Assembly (NCBI GenBank): GCA_964016885.1
Contig: OZ024741.1
Span: 346,890,001-346,954,000 of the forward strand
Length of the DNA stretch: 64,000 nucleotides
Direction: 5' to 3'
Source of the DNA: Eledone cirrhosa
Lineage: Eukaryota
Both the position numbers and the translations under genes were made by a program. Shown piece by piece: positions 1-13,477 of this stretch. Under the pieces are notes generated by a model, which worked only from the letters and a program-made list of their open reading frames with translations, made no database searches and had not been told where the DNA came from. Position 1 is the stretch's first letter, and the number at the start of each line of letters is the position of its first letter.

Positions 1-337
1 TCGCTATTTCAGAGCACCATGTCTAATTTTCAATTTCTGCTTGACCGGCAACTGCTCTGTATTCAGTTCCTGATTATTACTAGAATTCTATAAGAATCAA
101 ACATTTATTATTTTCAGCAAACAGGCGGAGTAATTAGCTTTGATAAGCATCAAAAAGTGCGAAACAGAGCTCTGTCAGCTTTATCTCCACTGTTTGCTGA
201 AAATTGAAGTAAGTGAGACTGTCACTTCTTTAAAACAATAGCGTAAGGTCTTTGAAATGCTTTTAATTAAGCATACAGTGTATTGCAAAATACAGTATAT
301 ATACATTCATATATATATCGCTATTTCAGAGCAGCAA

Positions 338-342
<5 letters not shown>
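1..342 (+). mobile_element. ~317-bp hammerhead-bearing repeat monomer (Penelope pLTR-derived or retrozyme-like), variant A
   Basis: TCGCTATTTCAGAGCA at 1 recurs at 318 (period 317); contains a hammerhead at 136-180; ends in (TA)n; diverged relative of 841-1261. Confidence 0.7.
136..180 (+). ncRNA. Type I minimal hammerhead ribozyme, U3-A8 core
   Basis: agct-TTGATAA-gcat/caaaaa/gtgc-GAAAC-agagctct-GTC-agct: stems I and II pair, palindromic stem III, GUC triplet. Confidence 0.8.
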
Positions 343-377
<35 letters not shown>

Positions 378-526
378 TACTCTGTAATAGCGATGTATGT
401 ATGAATGTATGTATAGTATATTTGATAATATACTGTATGTTTATTTAAAAACATTTTGAAGACCATTCGCTATGAGTTTTAAAGTAGTGACTATGTCACT
501 TACTTTGTCTCGGCAAAAACAAAGAG

Positions 527-575
527 AAGCAACCGACAGCTGTTTCTCGTTTGTTACCGATTATCAAGATTGCTT
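527..575 (-). ncRNA. Type I minimal hammerhead ribozyme, U3-A8 core
   Basis: Reverse complement reads aagcaatc-TTGATAA-tcg/gtaacaaa/cga-GAAAC-agct-GTC-ggttgctt. Confidence 0.8.
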
Positions 576-1084
576 ATGCCTTCGTTTCTGCCGAGACTTG
601 TGGAAGCTGGATTCTTATAGGATTCCAGTGATGTTTAAGAGCTGATTAAGCAGAGCAGTTGCCGGTCCAGCAAAAATTAGAAATTTGTATCAGTGCTCTG
701 GATTAGCGATGTATGTATGAATGTATGTATAGTACATTTGATAATATACTGTATGTTTATTTAAAAACATTTTGAAGACCATTCGCTATGAGTTTTAAAG
801 TAGTGACTATGTCACTTACTTTATTTTTTGCCGAGGCAGAGTAAGTGACATAGTCACTACTTTAAAACTCATAGCGAATGGTCTTCAAAATGTTTTAAAA
901 TAAACATACAGTATATTATCAAATATACTATACATATATTCATACATACAACGCTATTCCAGAGCACTGATACAAATTTCTAATTTTTGCTGGACCGGCA
1001 ACTGCTCTGCTTAATCAGCTCTTAAACATCACTGGAATCCTATAAGAATCCAGCTTCCACAAGTCTCGGCAGAAACGAAGGGAT

Positions 1085-1133
1085 AAGCAATCTAGATAAT
1101 CGTTAACAAACGAGAAACAGCTGTCGGTTGCTT
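1085..1133 (+). ncRNA. Hammerhead copy with mutated core (UAGAUAA)
   Basis: aagcaatc-TAGATAA-tcg..cga-GAAAC-agct-GTC-ggttgctt. Confidence 0.65.
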
Positions 1134-1286
1134 CCCTTTGTTTATGCCGAGACAAAGTAAGTGACATAGTCAGTACTTTAAAACTCATAGCGAATGGTCT
1201 TCAAAATGTTTTTAAATAAACATACAGTATATTATCAAATATACTATACATACATTCATATATATATATATATGTGTATGTATGTA

Positions 1287-1330
<44 letters not shown>

Positions 1331-3006
1331 GGATCTGCTCACACCATACGATATTCTGTACCCGGAGTCTCATAAATGAATATATTTGTTTATGACAGTT
1401 ATTATTTTCGAAAGTGACTACGGAAAATCAAGCATTATATTCTTACAGTATCCAATACTGTCTCATTTTATTTTCCATTTCTTACCTTCAGAATCACCTG
1501 CTTGTTAAATCGTTAAGAATGTACGCATATCTGTCATTGCCTGATAGATTCATTGTAAAATAAAGAGAAATGAAGAATGATGAAAAAATATACTTGTAAT
1601 GATGAGGGAGGATGAGTGCCATTGTGGATAAGATATCGAATGAAGTTTATATGTGATACTTATATGTAAAGAGGAATGAAGAGGAAATAAATAGTTAAAT
1701 ATGAATTGATGGCAAGGGATAATCATATTCGCATAGAAGCCATTTATCTGCAAATTTCTGCGAATGTTTAAATCACCTTTTGAATGCGAATATATATATA
1801 AGCGTGTGATATGTTCATGTTTTATACCTACCCCATTGTAATAAAACATATGTGGTCCTATATCAACTTGGTATGAAGAAATTCGTAAATATGTCTTTAG
1901 AAGGTCTTATTGTATCAATAGTCTCTCAGCTCATTTAGGTTCTTATCCATTGTATTTAAATTGGTCATGTAATATGGATAGGTCCATTTCTTCTGTACAT
2001 GAACCTTTGTAGTCTTTCCTTTCTTTCAATCCAACCTCTCTAAATATGTTTAATTAAATAGGGTGACTTTGTTGATTATCCGTTATGTGTGAAATGTATC
2101 TACTACCATTTCTAGTGATAGACTTAGGGACAATTAACGGCGGATGTTGGTAGATTCATTACATAGGTTGTTTCCTTGTTAAGTTTGTGAAATATAAGAG
2201 CTTTGCCAGTATTTCGTTTTAGAATTCGATTAAAGGACTCTGTTAAAACATTAATGTGATTTTAAATTACAGTTGATTGAATATTCTAATGACTTTACTT
2301 TTATGCACTTTTAGTATTTTAGATTATTCGCTATGAAATCCTAATTCAACCTTTCACCGTTTATAAACTGCGCATATAATCCACCAAATATATGAAACGA
2401 TCTGTGTGTAGCGCCCATAAATCTAATTAATAGATATAAATATGCACAGCTCTGTATTAACACAGCAAAACATAGGTAAATTCCATTCAGAATTCTGATA
2501 CCAACTTTTATTTGAACGTGGGTATTTGAATAGCCAGATCAATTATGAAACCGAAGTTTTAATAAATATCATAATGCAAAAAAAAAAAAATTAATTATTA
2601 ACTGAAAAAATATATGTACTATTACAGAAAGTGAAATATCAATTTATGGCATCGTTACATTAAATATATTTTTGCAATTTATAACACGTTGTTATGAATA
2701 GGGGCAAGCTTCTAAATGCTCATATTATAACCTGAATTTTTAATAAAATTGTGTATAGAAAATCTATTTCTATGGAAGGAATGCAGAATGTAGTTTTAAA
2801 ATATTAAAACCAAAACAAAATTAAGAGAGTAATATCTCGGGAGAATAAATTGTAAGCAAAAATACTTTCTTCATCATATTACTCCCATAAACAGTTTAAA
2901 TTACTATAGATACAAGCGAAATGACGCTGCCCACTATTAATAACTGAAAAATAATATAATAAATATCCTTCATTTAATATGAAGTATAGAAGATAAAATT
3001 ATTGAT

Positions 3007-3052
3007 TCTTCGTCTTCTTCTTCTCCTCCTCCTTCTTCTTCTTCTTCTTCTT

Positions 3053-3080
<28 letters not shown>
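3007..3080 (+). repeat. (TTC)n microsatellite
   Basis: Direct reading. Confidence 0.95.
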
Positions 3081-3083
<3 letters not shown>

Positions 3084-4530
3084 TACCGTAGCAAAAATTT
3101 CGGCAGCATTGCCAAAAACAAAAACAGCAGTACCAGCACAAACAAACGAAAAAGAAAGGAAAGAATCAATGGCAACAAAAAACAACAATGCAATTAAAAA
3201 CACCACCAAAAACGACAGCCCCCAAAGTAACAATAAAAGAAGTCAACAAAACAATAACAACAACAACTCCAATATTTCCAAGAACAACATCAAAATAAAA
3301 AAAACCCCACAAACATCAACTGACAACGACAACAAAACCAACTGCACCAGAACAACAACAGAATGATTAACAACAAAAGTAACACCAACTGAAACAATGA
3401 CAACAACCACAACACCAGCAACAATGATATAACCTACAACAATGTTACCAGGAACACGGTCAACAAAATAAAAAATTTCGCGAATGTAGCAGCCAAAAAA
3501 AAAAAAAAAATGCTTTAGTATGGATTTTAGCCAACACGCTAACAGGTTGGCCTAGGCAGGAAAGCTCATTAAACAAGAGAAAACCTTTGCCAACTTAACC
3601 GTCCACGCAGAGGCTATAGAAACAGTGGAAATGAGATTACTCTCCAAGCCAAAGTCGAAATTGTGCTGAGGTGCACCAGAGATGACGAGTGCATAGTGAT
3701 GGGCTTAAAATACGGCACCATCTCCGTGATATGTTCGTCAGAAGCCCTCACTACGATACACTCGGAGAACCCTTGTAAAACCAGCAAGGCCGTCATGTAC
3801 CCAATATGGAAAAAAGTACCTTTAGAGTCTGCATTCCCAGGATTCAACCAGGACTAGGCATGTGATGGTTCGTGGTATGCGTGATTGTAGATGGGACATA
3901 TGTTGTCCAGATAGAAGCAATAAGAACAGCCAGGGAGGACTGGTCCGCGGTTGATTTGGAGATACTTCTGCAAACCAAGCCAGAAGTCCTTAAAAAAAAC
4001 TCTAAAACGGGATGGTACTGTAAATAATGACTGAGAGCAGAAGGCTGCAGTGTTTGCGGAGAAACAACTCGTTTACGATTCTTCTACCCTCATCTCAAAC
4101 GGGGAGAGGACTACCACCAATACCAGCACTGGTAACATCACCAGAAGCATCACCAGCGGAAACACTACCAACGATGACCACCTAGGGTGAAGAAAAGGAA
4201 AGCTCTCCCATTCCCTCTCTCCCACAAAAAATAATACACATTCACACAAATGCAAACACAATAACACTTCCAGACACAGACACCGCGTCCTCAAGTAACG
4301 ACGACGAGTTAAAACACTAAAAAGCAAAAACCAACAGAGAGAGGAAGCACATTAAAAACTCCACCTATCTGATACACACCCACAACAGAAAATGAAGACA
4401 CCACACACACAACAAACCTAACAACTTCCACAACAACTTTAAAAGCACTTCCAGAAATCAATCGCTTAGTAGTGAAAGTGGGGGGCACCACCGGTTCGAG
4501 ATAAACTCTATAGGCATGGAAGTGCTGAGA
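3081..4530 (+). pseudogene. Decayed ORF1 region of a Tx1/L1-like LINE
   Basis: Thr/Asn-rich start and IEAIRTAREDWSAVDLEILLQT (~3911-3976), which resembles ILQIQRMGGERWSGIDMKMLIQT in the ORF1 at ~38100; many stops. Confidence 0.5.
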
Positions 4531-4567
4531 CAATTAGGAGAGAGAAATAAAATGACCATTATCCAAA

Positions 4568-4747
4568 AATAATTGTTTCTACTTTAGGCACAAGGCCAGC
4601 AATTACCCATTCATTACTGGTACTTTATTTTATCGACCCCGTAAGGATGAAAGGCAAAGTCAACCTCGGCGGGATTTGAACTCAGATCGTAAAGGCACGT
4701 AACTATGCTGGAAAGCATGGCGTCCGACCGTCTACCTATACTGTCAT
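4568..4747 (-). mobile_element. tRNA-derived SINE with Nin-like domain
   Basis: Reverse complement has B box GAGTTCAAATCC, CTTTGCCTTTCATCCTTACGGGGTCGATAAAATAAAGTACCAG and tail GGCCTTGTGCCTAAAGTAGAAAC. Confidence 0.85.
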
Positions 4748-4920
4748 ATACTGAAATACGAATACAAAACATGAAATCTGTTTTGTGTCTCCCTCTTTTC
4801 ACCTAGTGAGCGTCAATTTTAATCCTTCTTGATAATAGTGGAAAGTTTAAAGAAATGAGATATAAAATAAGAAGCGGGTGGAATAGGAGTACAATGAAAG
4901 CATCAATAGGAAAATAAAGA

Positions 4921-5090
4921 TTATGATGATGATGAGTATGATGATGACCACGACCATGGTGACAATGATGATGTTGATGAAGATATTGATTGAGTTATTG
5001 AAGAAGAAGAATAAGTAGTAGTAGTAATAGTAGTAGTAGTAGTATCAGCAGCAGCAGCAGTAGAATCAGCAGTAGAAGAAGAAGAAGAAG

Positions 5091-5120
<30 letters not shown>
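4921..5120 (+). repeat. Compound (GAT)/(GTA)/(GCA)/(GAA)n microsatellite
   Basis: Direct reading. Confidence 0.9.
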
Positions 5121-5121
<1 letters not shown>

Positions 5122-5849
5122 GAGAGTAGTTGTAACTATGAAACTGAGACTGGTGATTCTCGAATGAAATTCTTAAACGTAAACGTTTGTTTAAATAAAG
5201 AAATACAAATGAGTCGGAAAGTTGTTTAGTTTAATACATCCGCGAGTAAACGTAACTAGGTTGTGGCAGATTAAGAATAAAATGAAATGTCATCAAACAT
5301 GTTTGAAAGACAATCTTATAGAAACAACATCGAAAATGTTTGTATGATTGTAAAACGAACAGAAAGAAAGTTTTGATAATATTTATTCTCTAAACAGGCT
5401 TCTGTAATTGTGCATCTAAGTCAGATTACAACACGGATGCTAAGAACGGAAACGTCTTTTATTCTGAATAAATAATGACAACGCCATGCTGGTGCCCTAT
5501 ATTGGGACAGTGATTCCGGAAATGGTGAGTATAATTGATGTTATTTTATGGATATTCTTATTGTACGTGTGTGAGACAAGAAACAGAAGGTAGAATCTAT
5601 AAGATGGCTATTTTCCAATCACAATGTTTAAAAGATATTATCCTCTCATTAATAGACATCTTAGGAGCCATAGGTCGCTAGCTAAATCAGCTATATACAG
5701 AAGACAAATATGTCTTAAATCTTGCTCTAATGACTTAAAATTGTAATGAAGACTTTGAACAATACATATTAAACAGAACTATAAAATTACTATATTTATA
5801 CAAAAACAATATTCTTGAATATCATAGAATACTTCTATCATAGAATATC

Positions 5850-6023
5850 ATAGAATACTTCTATGATAGCATATTTTTGTTAGCCCAAGATGATCTCTAA
5901 TTGAACAGACATTTGATCATATACGTATATGCACATATGTGCATATACGTATATGATCAAATGTCTGTTCAATTAGAGCTCATCTTAGGCTAACAAAAAT
6001 ATGCTATCATAGAAGTATTCTAT
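5850..6023. repeat. Spacer-less palindrome, 87-bp arms
   Basis: Centre GCACAT|ATGTGC at 5936/5937; about 2 arm mismatches. Confidence 0.9.
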
Positions 6024-9000
6024 ATTACTAGGTTCCCCTTCGCACTGGTTCCTCAACCCCATACTACAAATCTCTACCTAATCATCTCTAGCCCTTGCTA
6101 TAAACTATAAAGTTATCCTCTTCCCTTGTCAAATTAAAAACGGTTGCGTTTCATTTCATCTCTTCCCAGTCCCTTCCTTCTACATATATGTATGGCGGCT
6201 AGACAGAGAAAAGCAGCTTTTCTTTCATAATATAGACTTTCAAGAGCGAAAATCGTTAGTAGTAAATATATGAAGCTGACATTAAATTTCAGTCTTTGAT
6301 TTAGTTATATCTCAAGAGAGCAAACAAGTGAATATTTAGTGATCATTTTACCTGCTGAAAATTATAGAAAATGTTTCTTAAACCAGACCTTACGATCTAG
6401 AAAAAGGAACTCAATCCTTGGTTAATGTAATCCGCTTTACACCAAACCTGATCAGGATGTGGTTGTATTTTTTCTTCTGACAAAATATTATATACACTGT
6501 TACAGTATCCAAATTGATCCTTTTTTACGTTTCAAAACGATAGTGTGTGACTTGGGCATAATATTTGTATTATTCCTATGAAATCAAGCGATTATTTATA
6601 ATCCTCTATATTACATCGTGTTTTAAATAACATTACCATCACTTGGTGTCTGAAGCAATAGAGGCAATGCTTATTCGAATTATTTGAAACACAATCACAA
6701 ACACGTGCCCTGTGTTCATAAAGGAAATCACTATAGCACTTTGATAGAATATATGATAAGGACATTCAGTTATATCACTTCTTTTGTTTTCTTTCGGTTG
6801 GAAATTTTGCATCAAATGTCCGGTATCCCCAAAATCTATTATCACAAGCTTTCAAACAACGCAGTTATTCATCCCATTTAACACTCACCATCCTACGTGA
6901 CTATCCATCTATATATTTAATATTCAATAGATGATTCCTTGAATGGAAATATATTTCCCCTACAGAAATTGTATTTCCCTCAATGTTTCATAGCTTCCGT
7001 TAATTCTGTTTGTGTACCTCAATTGCGATTGTCGTTCTTACTGCTGTTAGCTTTGTCGAAGTCACTTATAGAATGTATGTTCAGTAATGTGGTTGGTTTT
7101 TCAGGTATTGTTTTTGCTGATTTTTTTGCTGTTAATGTATATCATGTTATCAATAATTCTTTCTCTTTACAGTTGCAGTAGATTCTACTTCTATTCTCGT
7201 GTTTGGCTTTGGTGTGTAGTGCTGTGAAGATATTTCTCTTTGCGGTTGTTAAATAATGATTTTGAAATAGATATATTTTAATGAATAACATTTGTGAGAT
7301 TATTTTCTAGCTTTCCTTGTAAGATAATTACATTTAGTGAAGTAGATATCGAGTAGAACACTGTAGACCAAGTATGCAAAACAGTATAAATATTTATATC
7401 CCCAAGTATCCTTTAATAACTATTTCTTATCTCGGAGATTATTATGATAAGCGGATGAAATATCAATCTTTTCTTAGATTTAGTAGAATTATATCCTAGA
7501 TAAAATTGATTGATAATCTTGTTTCCTTTATTAGATAGCGATATAATACTGAGAACGCTGCTTGCTTGCACAATGAATATTTGTTGCTAGAGATGAAGTG
7601 TATATTACCTATGCGTCTATTCTGATTAGTTGATGATCTCTGAAATGTCTGGGTTTAGACTAAATTCAAATATAGTTCGTAAAAGTCCTTGACAAATACT
7701 ATCTATTCACCTCAAAACAACCAGAGGCTCACACAAATAATTTCCCTTGTTTGTTCATCTTCTTCATCTAATAAAACTGTCTGCACATCCTCTAAATATC
7801 AGATCCATATGTATTTACAACTGATACCCGTTATCACCGATAACATCAGCCACATATCAGCTTGAATCACTGTTGTCAAACCTCTTACACGTAAACTTTT
7901 CTTTCCATTTGTTTCCACTATCGTTCTGCAATAAACTGGAGTTTCAGCTCTGTCTACAGTTAGAGTTGAATATTAAGTATATGTGTGTCATAGGCCAAAT
8001 ACGTTTGATATCTATCATTAGACTTTAGCATATTTCCCTACACCATCTAGTGTAAAAAATAAATTTTTATGAAGGGATTCATTGAAGACTATATCAAGCT
8101 GTGTACGAGGATCACGATTAAGATTTGACTAATTTTGCCCCCGACATTTACCGTAACTTTACCGGAGCACAGAATCAATTCTGATTAGATATTTAATGCT
8201 CACTGGATTCAATATTTCAATACCAACATAACTATCAATTTCTATATAGGAGATAACTGAGCAATATATCTGAGTTTAATCGGTAAAATATATTATAGTG
8301 TGTGCTATTTTAAGGAGGTGTAATGAAGTTTCAGAAAATGTATGGATCAATCGCTCGACAATGTCTTAGCACTTCTATTCGCTCGCTCAGTTTAAAGAAG
8401 TGTTTAAGGCTTGCAGATATTAAAATATAGGTTCCTTTTTCAGCCCTAATTTTTGCTGGTTTAGTTATTATCAATTGTTAAATCAGGGCTTTCCTAAAGG
8501 CTGTATTTTCATATAGATACATTTTTTTTCTGTCTGTGCTAAATAGGCTTTGTATATAGGGTTATTGCAGTTAAAGACATGTCTGTGTTTCAAAGGTTTG
8601 ATTTAATTTGTGGGAGATATCATAAATATTTCAAGTAAGGAAATGACACATTGACTTTTATTTGTTTACATTGTATATAGATTTTTGTTTTTATTAGGTT
8701 TTTATCTGTTATAAATTTTAGGGCTTCTGAGCCTGAACATCTTATATATATTATATATCATTCACTATATATCGATCACGCAGTATATAGTGATGGAAAT
8801 TTCATGGGAATACATGGGAGTCGGATTTAAAAGTCCGACTATGTTTGGAGCTAATTTAACGCATGCCGTATCTCTATTAAATCTTTTTTTTAACGCAAAT
8901 ATTATCATCTTAATAAATAGTAAATCGCGTGGTCCACGATATTTTACAACAGAAGATTAGATACGTTCCGTTTTATGCAGCTTCCCGTGGAGATAAATAA

Positions 9001-10939
9001 GAAAAAGAACAATAGATTACTTTCGGTAACGTTCAAACAAAACACAGGTCAGTTTATCTCTTTACTTGTTTTGCCCAGTGTTTTCTACTCCTGTTGCATC
9101 AGCGTATTAATGTAAGAATAAGTATTTCATTGCCGACTCTACATTTGTTTATGGAGAGAAATTAATAACAGAATCCGTACATAGTGACTCAATAACGCTC
9201 AAGTGATAATCTCTGCTGATATAGTCAATGTTTTTCATTCTTCTGCATAACGTGTTTTGTGATTTTGTAGTCTACGGCGATATTACAATTATTACTGTTC
9301 CTTTTTGTCTATTCCAGACAATGAATTTGAAACAGCTCTAACGTTTACGCGGTTATAACTATAAGGATATTTGACTATTATTGCAAGTAGAGCAAATGAT
9401 CAAATGGGAACCTCACCCGAACCTAATAAATATTTAAATGTGGAATACTGAGATTCCATAAACCATTTACAAACTTGCCGTTGTGTCGTTTGGACTTATG
9501 TTACCAATCATTAGTATATGTATTTTCTTACGAAAGATCTTACGTATAATCAATTCCCTGATATTATGTTGTCTGAAATTTTTCTATTGAAACAACCGAC
9601 TAGAATTTATTATACCATAAGGAAGTTTAAAGATTTAACAGAACATGCTCTTTTTGTTTTCCTTTTTCTCGCAAAGCGATATTTACGACTTAAATAGAAA
9701 TGAATGTTATATGCAAACATATTGTGCTTTTAAATGTATCTATTTGAACCAAGTTTTATGTTTTCAATTATAACAAGTATAACTGCTTGTGTTTTATTTA
9801 TTATTATATTTTCTACTGTTTGAATTGTCTGTATTTAGTTGGTAAATAGATGTGTGTATATTTTTAAGTGATATATAGCCGAATATTTTGCACTGAAACA
9901 CTCATTATTGTGATTTATATCGTTCGTTTACAGTCAACAATTTTAAAGTTATTTCTTACAACATTTGCAATGGGTATGCAGATTAATGTATCCCCAAGTG
10001 TTACTGAAGCTAACTTTACTTCAAAAATTCCTCCTATTCTTTTCGTTGAATACAAATTTGTCTTAAACATTTTTCACTTCACAATTTTATTTCTATATTA
10101 TTTTAGTTCCATTCACTGCTTTTAGATTTTTTTTAGCTATTAACACACTATTTTTCTGTTTATTTTTAATGTTTAAAGAAATATATAGTGTCCATGCCCT
10201 AGTTCATATTTATTACATTGCATGCCACTAAGTATTATATACTTGTAATTAATATCGATCTTCTACGTTTCTATTTCTCGAGGATGTATTAAAAAAAATA
10301 TTTCTGCAATATATCTTAATGCTTGAGCAACAGTTTTTATTTTTTTATTTTTTTTTATTTTGCTGCTTCGATGATGTTTCTCCATTGCTTATTCTTCTTT
10401 CTATGTTTCATACTGCTTTTATTATGAGAAAGGGCATAGGAAATGCAGAAAGAATACATTGTCAGACTAACATTCTTGATATATTTAGTCTTATTACAAA
10501 ATATTCACTTGTTAAAACAGGAGCTTTATACTTGATTGTTTGTAAAAAAAAAACCGGAATAAATACTCCATATATTCACACACATAGACAAAGTGAAAAT
10601 TATAAAGTAGCTAAGGGATGTATAGAGGTACACATAGATTTGGTGTGGTCAGAAATACTACTACTACTACTGCTACTGCTACTGCTGCTACTGCTACTGC
10701 TGCTGCTACTGCGTCTACTATTTCACTTATTTAATTCTGTTTAACTCCGATAAGCATATTTATATGGAAAGTGGCCTCATGATGATTTTTCAATAATTCA
10801 CAGAAATAGCGTACTTAGAAGTACAATATCCAATATATAATATTATTTCAAATTCGAGATAATACTATTTAAGCTATATTGGGTATATTTTCAGTAGAAT
10901 GGAGAAACCACTGTTCCTGGTCGGTAACTTTATTATTAT

Positions 10940-11807
10940 TTGGCAGTATCGGTAGAGGGTTGAACGCCATGCTTTCTAGCATAGTTACGTCCCTTTACGG
11001 TCTGAGTTCAAATCCCGTCGAGGTTAAATTTGCCTTTCATCCTTATGGGGTCGATAAAATAAAGTACCACTAATGTACTGGATAATTGCTGGCCTTGTGC
11101 CAAAAGTAGAAACAATTATTTGTTCGTAGTAGGGCGGTGGATTGGCAGTATCGGAAGAGAGTTGGACACCATGCTTTGCAGCATAGAGTTACGGTTCTTT
11201 GCGGTCTGAGTTCAATCCCGCCGAGGTTAACTTTGCCTTTCATCCTTAGGGGGTCGATAAAATAAAGCACCTGTAACGTACTGGGATCGATTTAATCGAC
11301 TTTCCTTTACCCCAAATTACTGGCCTTGTCTCTATACTAGAAATCATTATTTGCGCGTAGTATAGGGCGGTGGATTGGCAGAATCGGTAGAAGATCGGAC
11401 GCCATGCTTTGCAGCTTAGAGTTACGGCCCTATATGATCTGAGTTCAAATCCCGACAAGGTTAACTTTGCCTTTCACCCTTACGGAGTCGCTAAAATAAT
11501 GCACCAGTAGTGCACTGGGGTCGATTTAATCGGCTTTCGCCCTTCCTTTCAAATTGCATGCCTTGTGCCTAAATTAGAAACAATTATTTGTGCGTAGCAT
11601 AGGACGGTGGATTAGCAGTATCAGGCACCATGCTTTGCAGCATAGAGTTATGGCCCTTTGCGTTCAGAGTTCAAATATCGCCGATGTTAGCTTTGCCTTT
11701 TATCCTTACGGGTTCGATAAGATAAAGTACCAGTACAGCGGTGAATTAATCGACTTTCCCCTCCCCCAAAATTGCTGGCCATGTTCCTAAATCAGAAATC
11801 ATTATTT
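10940..11807 (+). mobile_element. Head-to-tail array of four SINE copies
   Basis: Units start at ~10940, 11131, 11364 and 11601; A box TGGCAGTATCGG-like, B box GAGTTCAAATCC; shared linker TTATTTG(T/C)(T/G)CGTAG. Confidence 0.85.
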
Positions 11808-12842
11808 GTGCGTAGCATTATCTGCGCCCTGTTTAGCAAAATCAGAACTGCGCAAAATCAAATCGCTTTAATATGCAGCTTCGATATTTACCTACTGTTA
11901 ATCTTCTGTTTGTTGTCTTTTCAATTGTCAGTACTATGTATGAAATGTATCTGCATGGCTGGCAATATAAACATATCGTCTTGGGTATAGGTTGTGTTCA
12001 TTAGTTTCCTTTCCTGTCTGTTATGAGTGAACAGAATATATTTAGCCAGCATGTACATTTTTTTTATGTGAAGTGAACATTCTAGACATTTCAACCAAAT
12101 CATTCTTCAAAAATGCTGGAATGGCTAATTATAAATCCACTCGATCACGGGTGTTTAGCCTCAACTATAAAACTTATCTAACATTAATGTATATATTTTC
12201 GTTCTGTCAATTATAGTGTTCAAAATATGACAAATATATGCTTCAGTTATGTATTACTTTTTGAATTTAAACAATTTTCTTGCATATTTCACACATCCTA
12301 TAAATAAGGCAAATGATATTTTGTATGTGTTGATTATAGTTGTTTTGTTAGTCGTTGAAGATGTATCGGTGGGTTTACTGTTGCCGTTGTTGTTAATTGC
12401 CTAGCTCTACTCTGATGAGGCACACTTATGTTCAAAGTGATGCAACATTTGATGAAGAACACATATGGTCAAAGCATTGAATATCTTTATAATACGGTGC
12501 GACTAAGATTAAATAAGAACGTATGATATGTACAAAAGCAGTTTGGCTGCGTGGTACGTCTTGGTTGTTATTTTTTGAATGTCATGGAAACGAGTTGTGG
12601 TCTCTGTAGGTGACTCGTTAAATTATTATATGGAATGAATTATTGGAGATACATGTCGTTGTACGTTTTTATAATATCTAAATACATATCGAATATATTG
12701 TATTGGCAGACAGCAGTGATTGTTTAATGGCGGAATTTTCTAACTGTGACTGCGTAAAATTTCACAGCTGGTGGGTTAGATTTTCAAGTAAACATCTTGA
12801 AGAGTATGATATATATTCACACACACACACACACACACAGAT

Positions 12843-12902
<60 letters not shown>

Positions 12903-13105
12903 ACACACACAAACAAACACACGCACCGCACACACACACACACACGCACACACACATATATAAATATATTCATCATATGTATATGTGTATATATTAATGT
13001 ATGTATAGAGTGTTTGAGATAGTTCGAGATTGCAAAGTTTTTAAAGAACTAATTGAACTGCAACACTACTTCATATAAATAATATTCCTATTGTTTATCT
13101 ATCTC

Positions 13106-13155
<50 letters not shown>

Positions 13156-13477
13156 TATATATGTGTGTGTGTAAGTGCTTGTTATTGTTTGCGAGTGTGT
13201 GTGACCTTAAGTATGTGCATGTGTGTGTGTATATCTGAGTGTGTGTGTGTGTATAATTTTCTCTTGGAATATGCACTTGCTGTAACTGTACTCAGTAAAT
13301 TATTTATAACATATGTTTGTTGTTATTCATGTTTATACTTGTCATGTTTCCTGTTTCACTGAAGTTACATCTTTTCTTCCGACATAAATATTTAGGCATA
13401 TTTAGAAGTATCAAAGATTGATGAGAGAGAAGGGATGGGGGGGGGGGGGGGTTATATATATGTTAACGATTAATAAA

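Larger units (their letters stand above)
375..1261. mobile_element. Inverted pair of ~1.4 tandem ~316-bp hammerhead monomers (variant B)
   Basis: About 400-820 is the reverse complement of 841-1261; GTAAGTGACATAGTC at 841 and 1157 (period 316); bounded by (TA)n. Confidence 0.75.

Noticed and set aside
1550-1849. 99-aa minus-strand ORF
   Set aside because: No recognisable motif; low-complexity C-terminus; probably chance or an ancient TE remnant
10940-11807. SINE array as a CRISPR array or tRNA gene cluster
   Set aside because: Units of 190-235 bp have no spacer structure; heads are degenerate and fused to a SINE body; eukaryotic context
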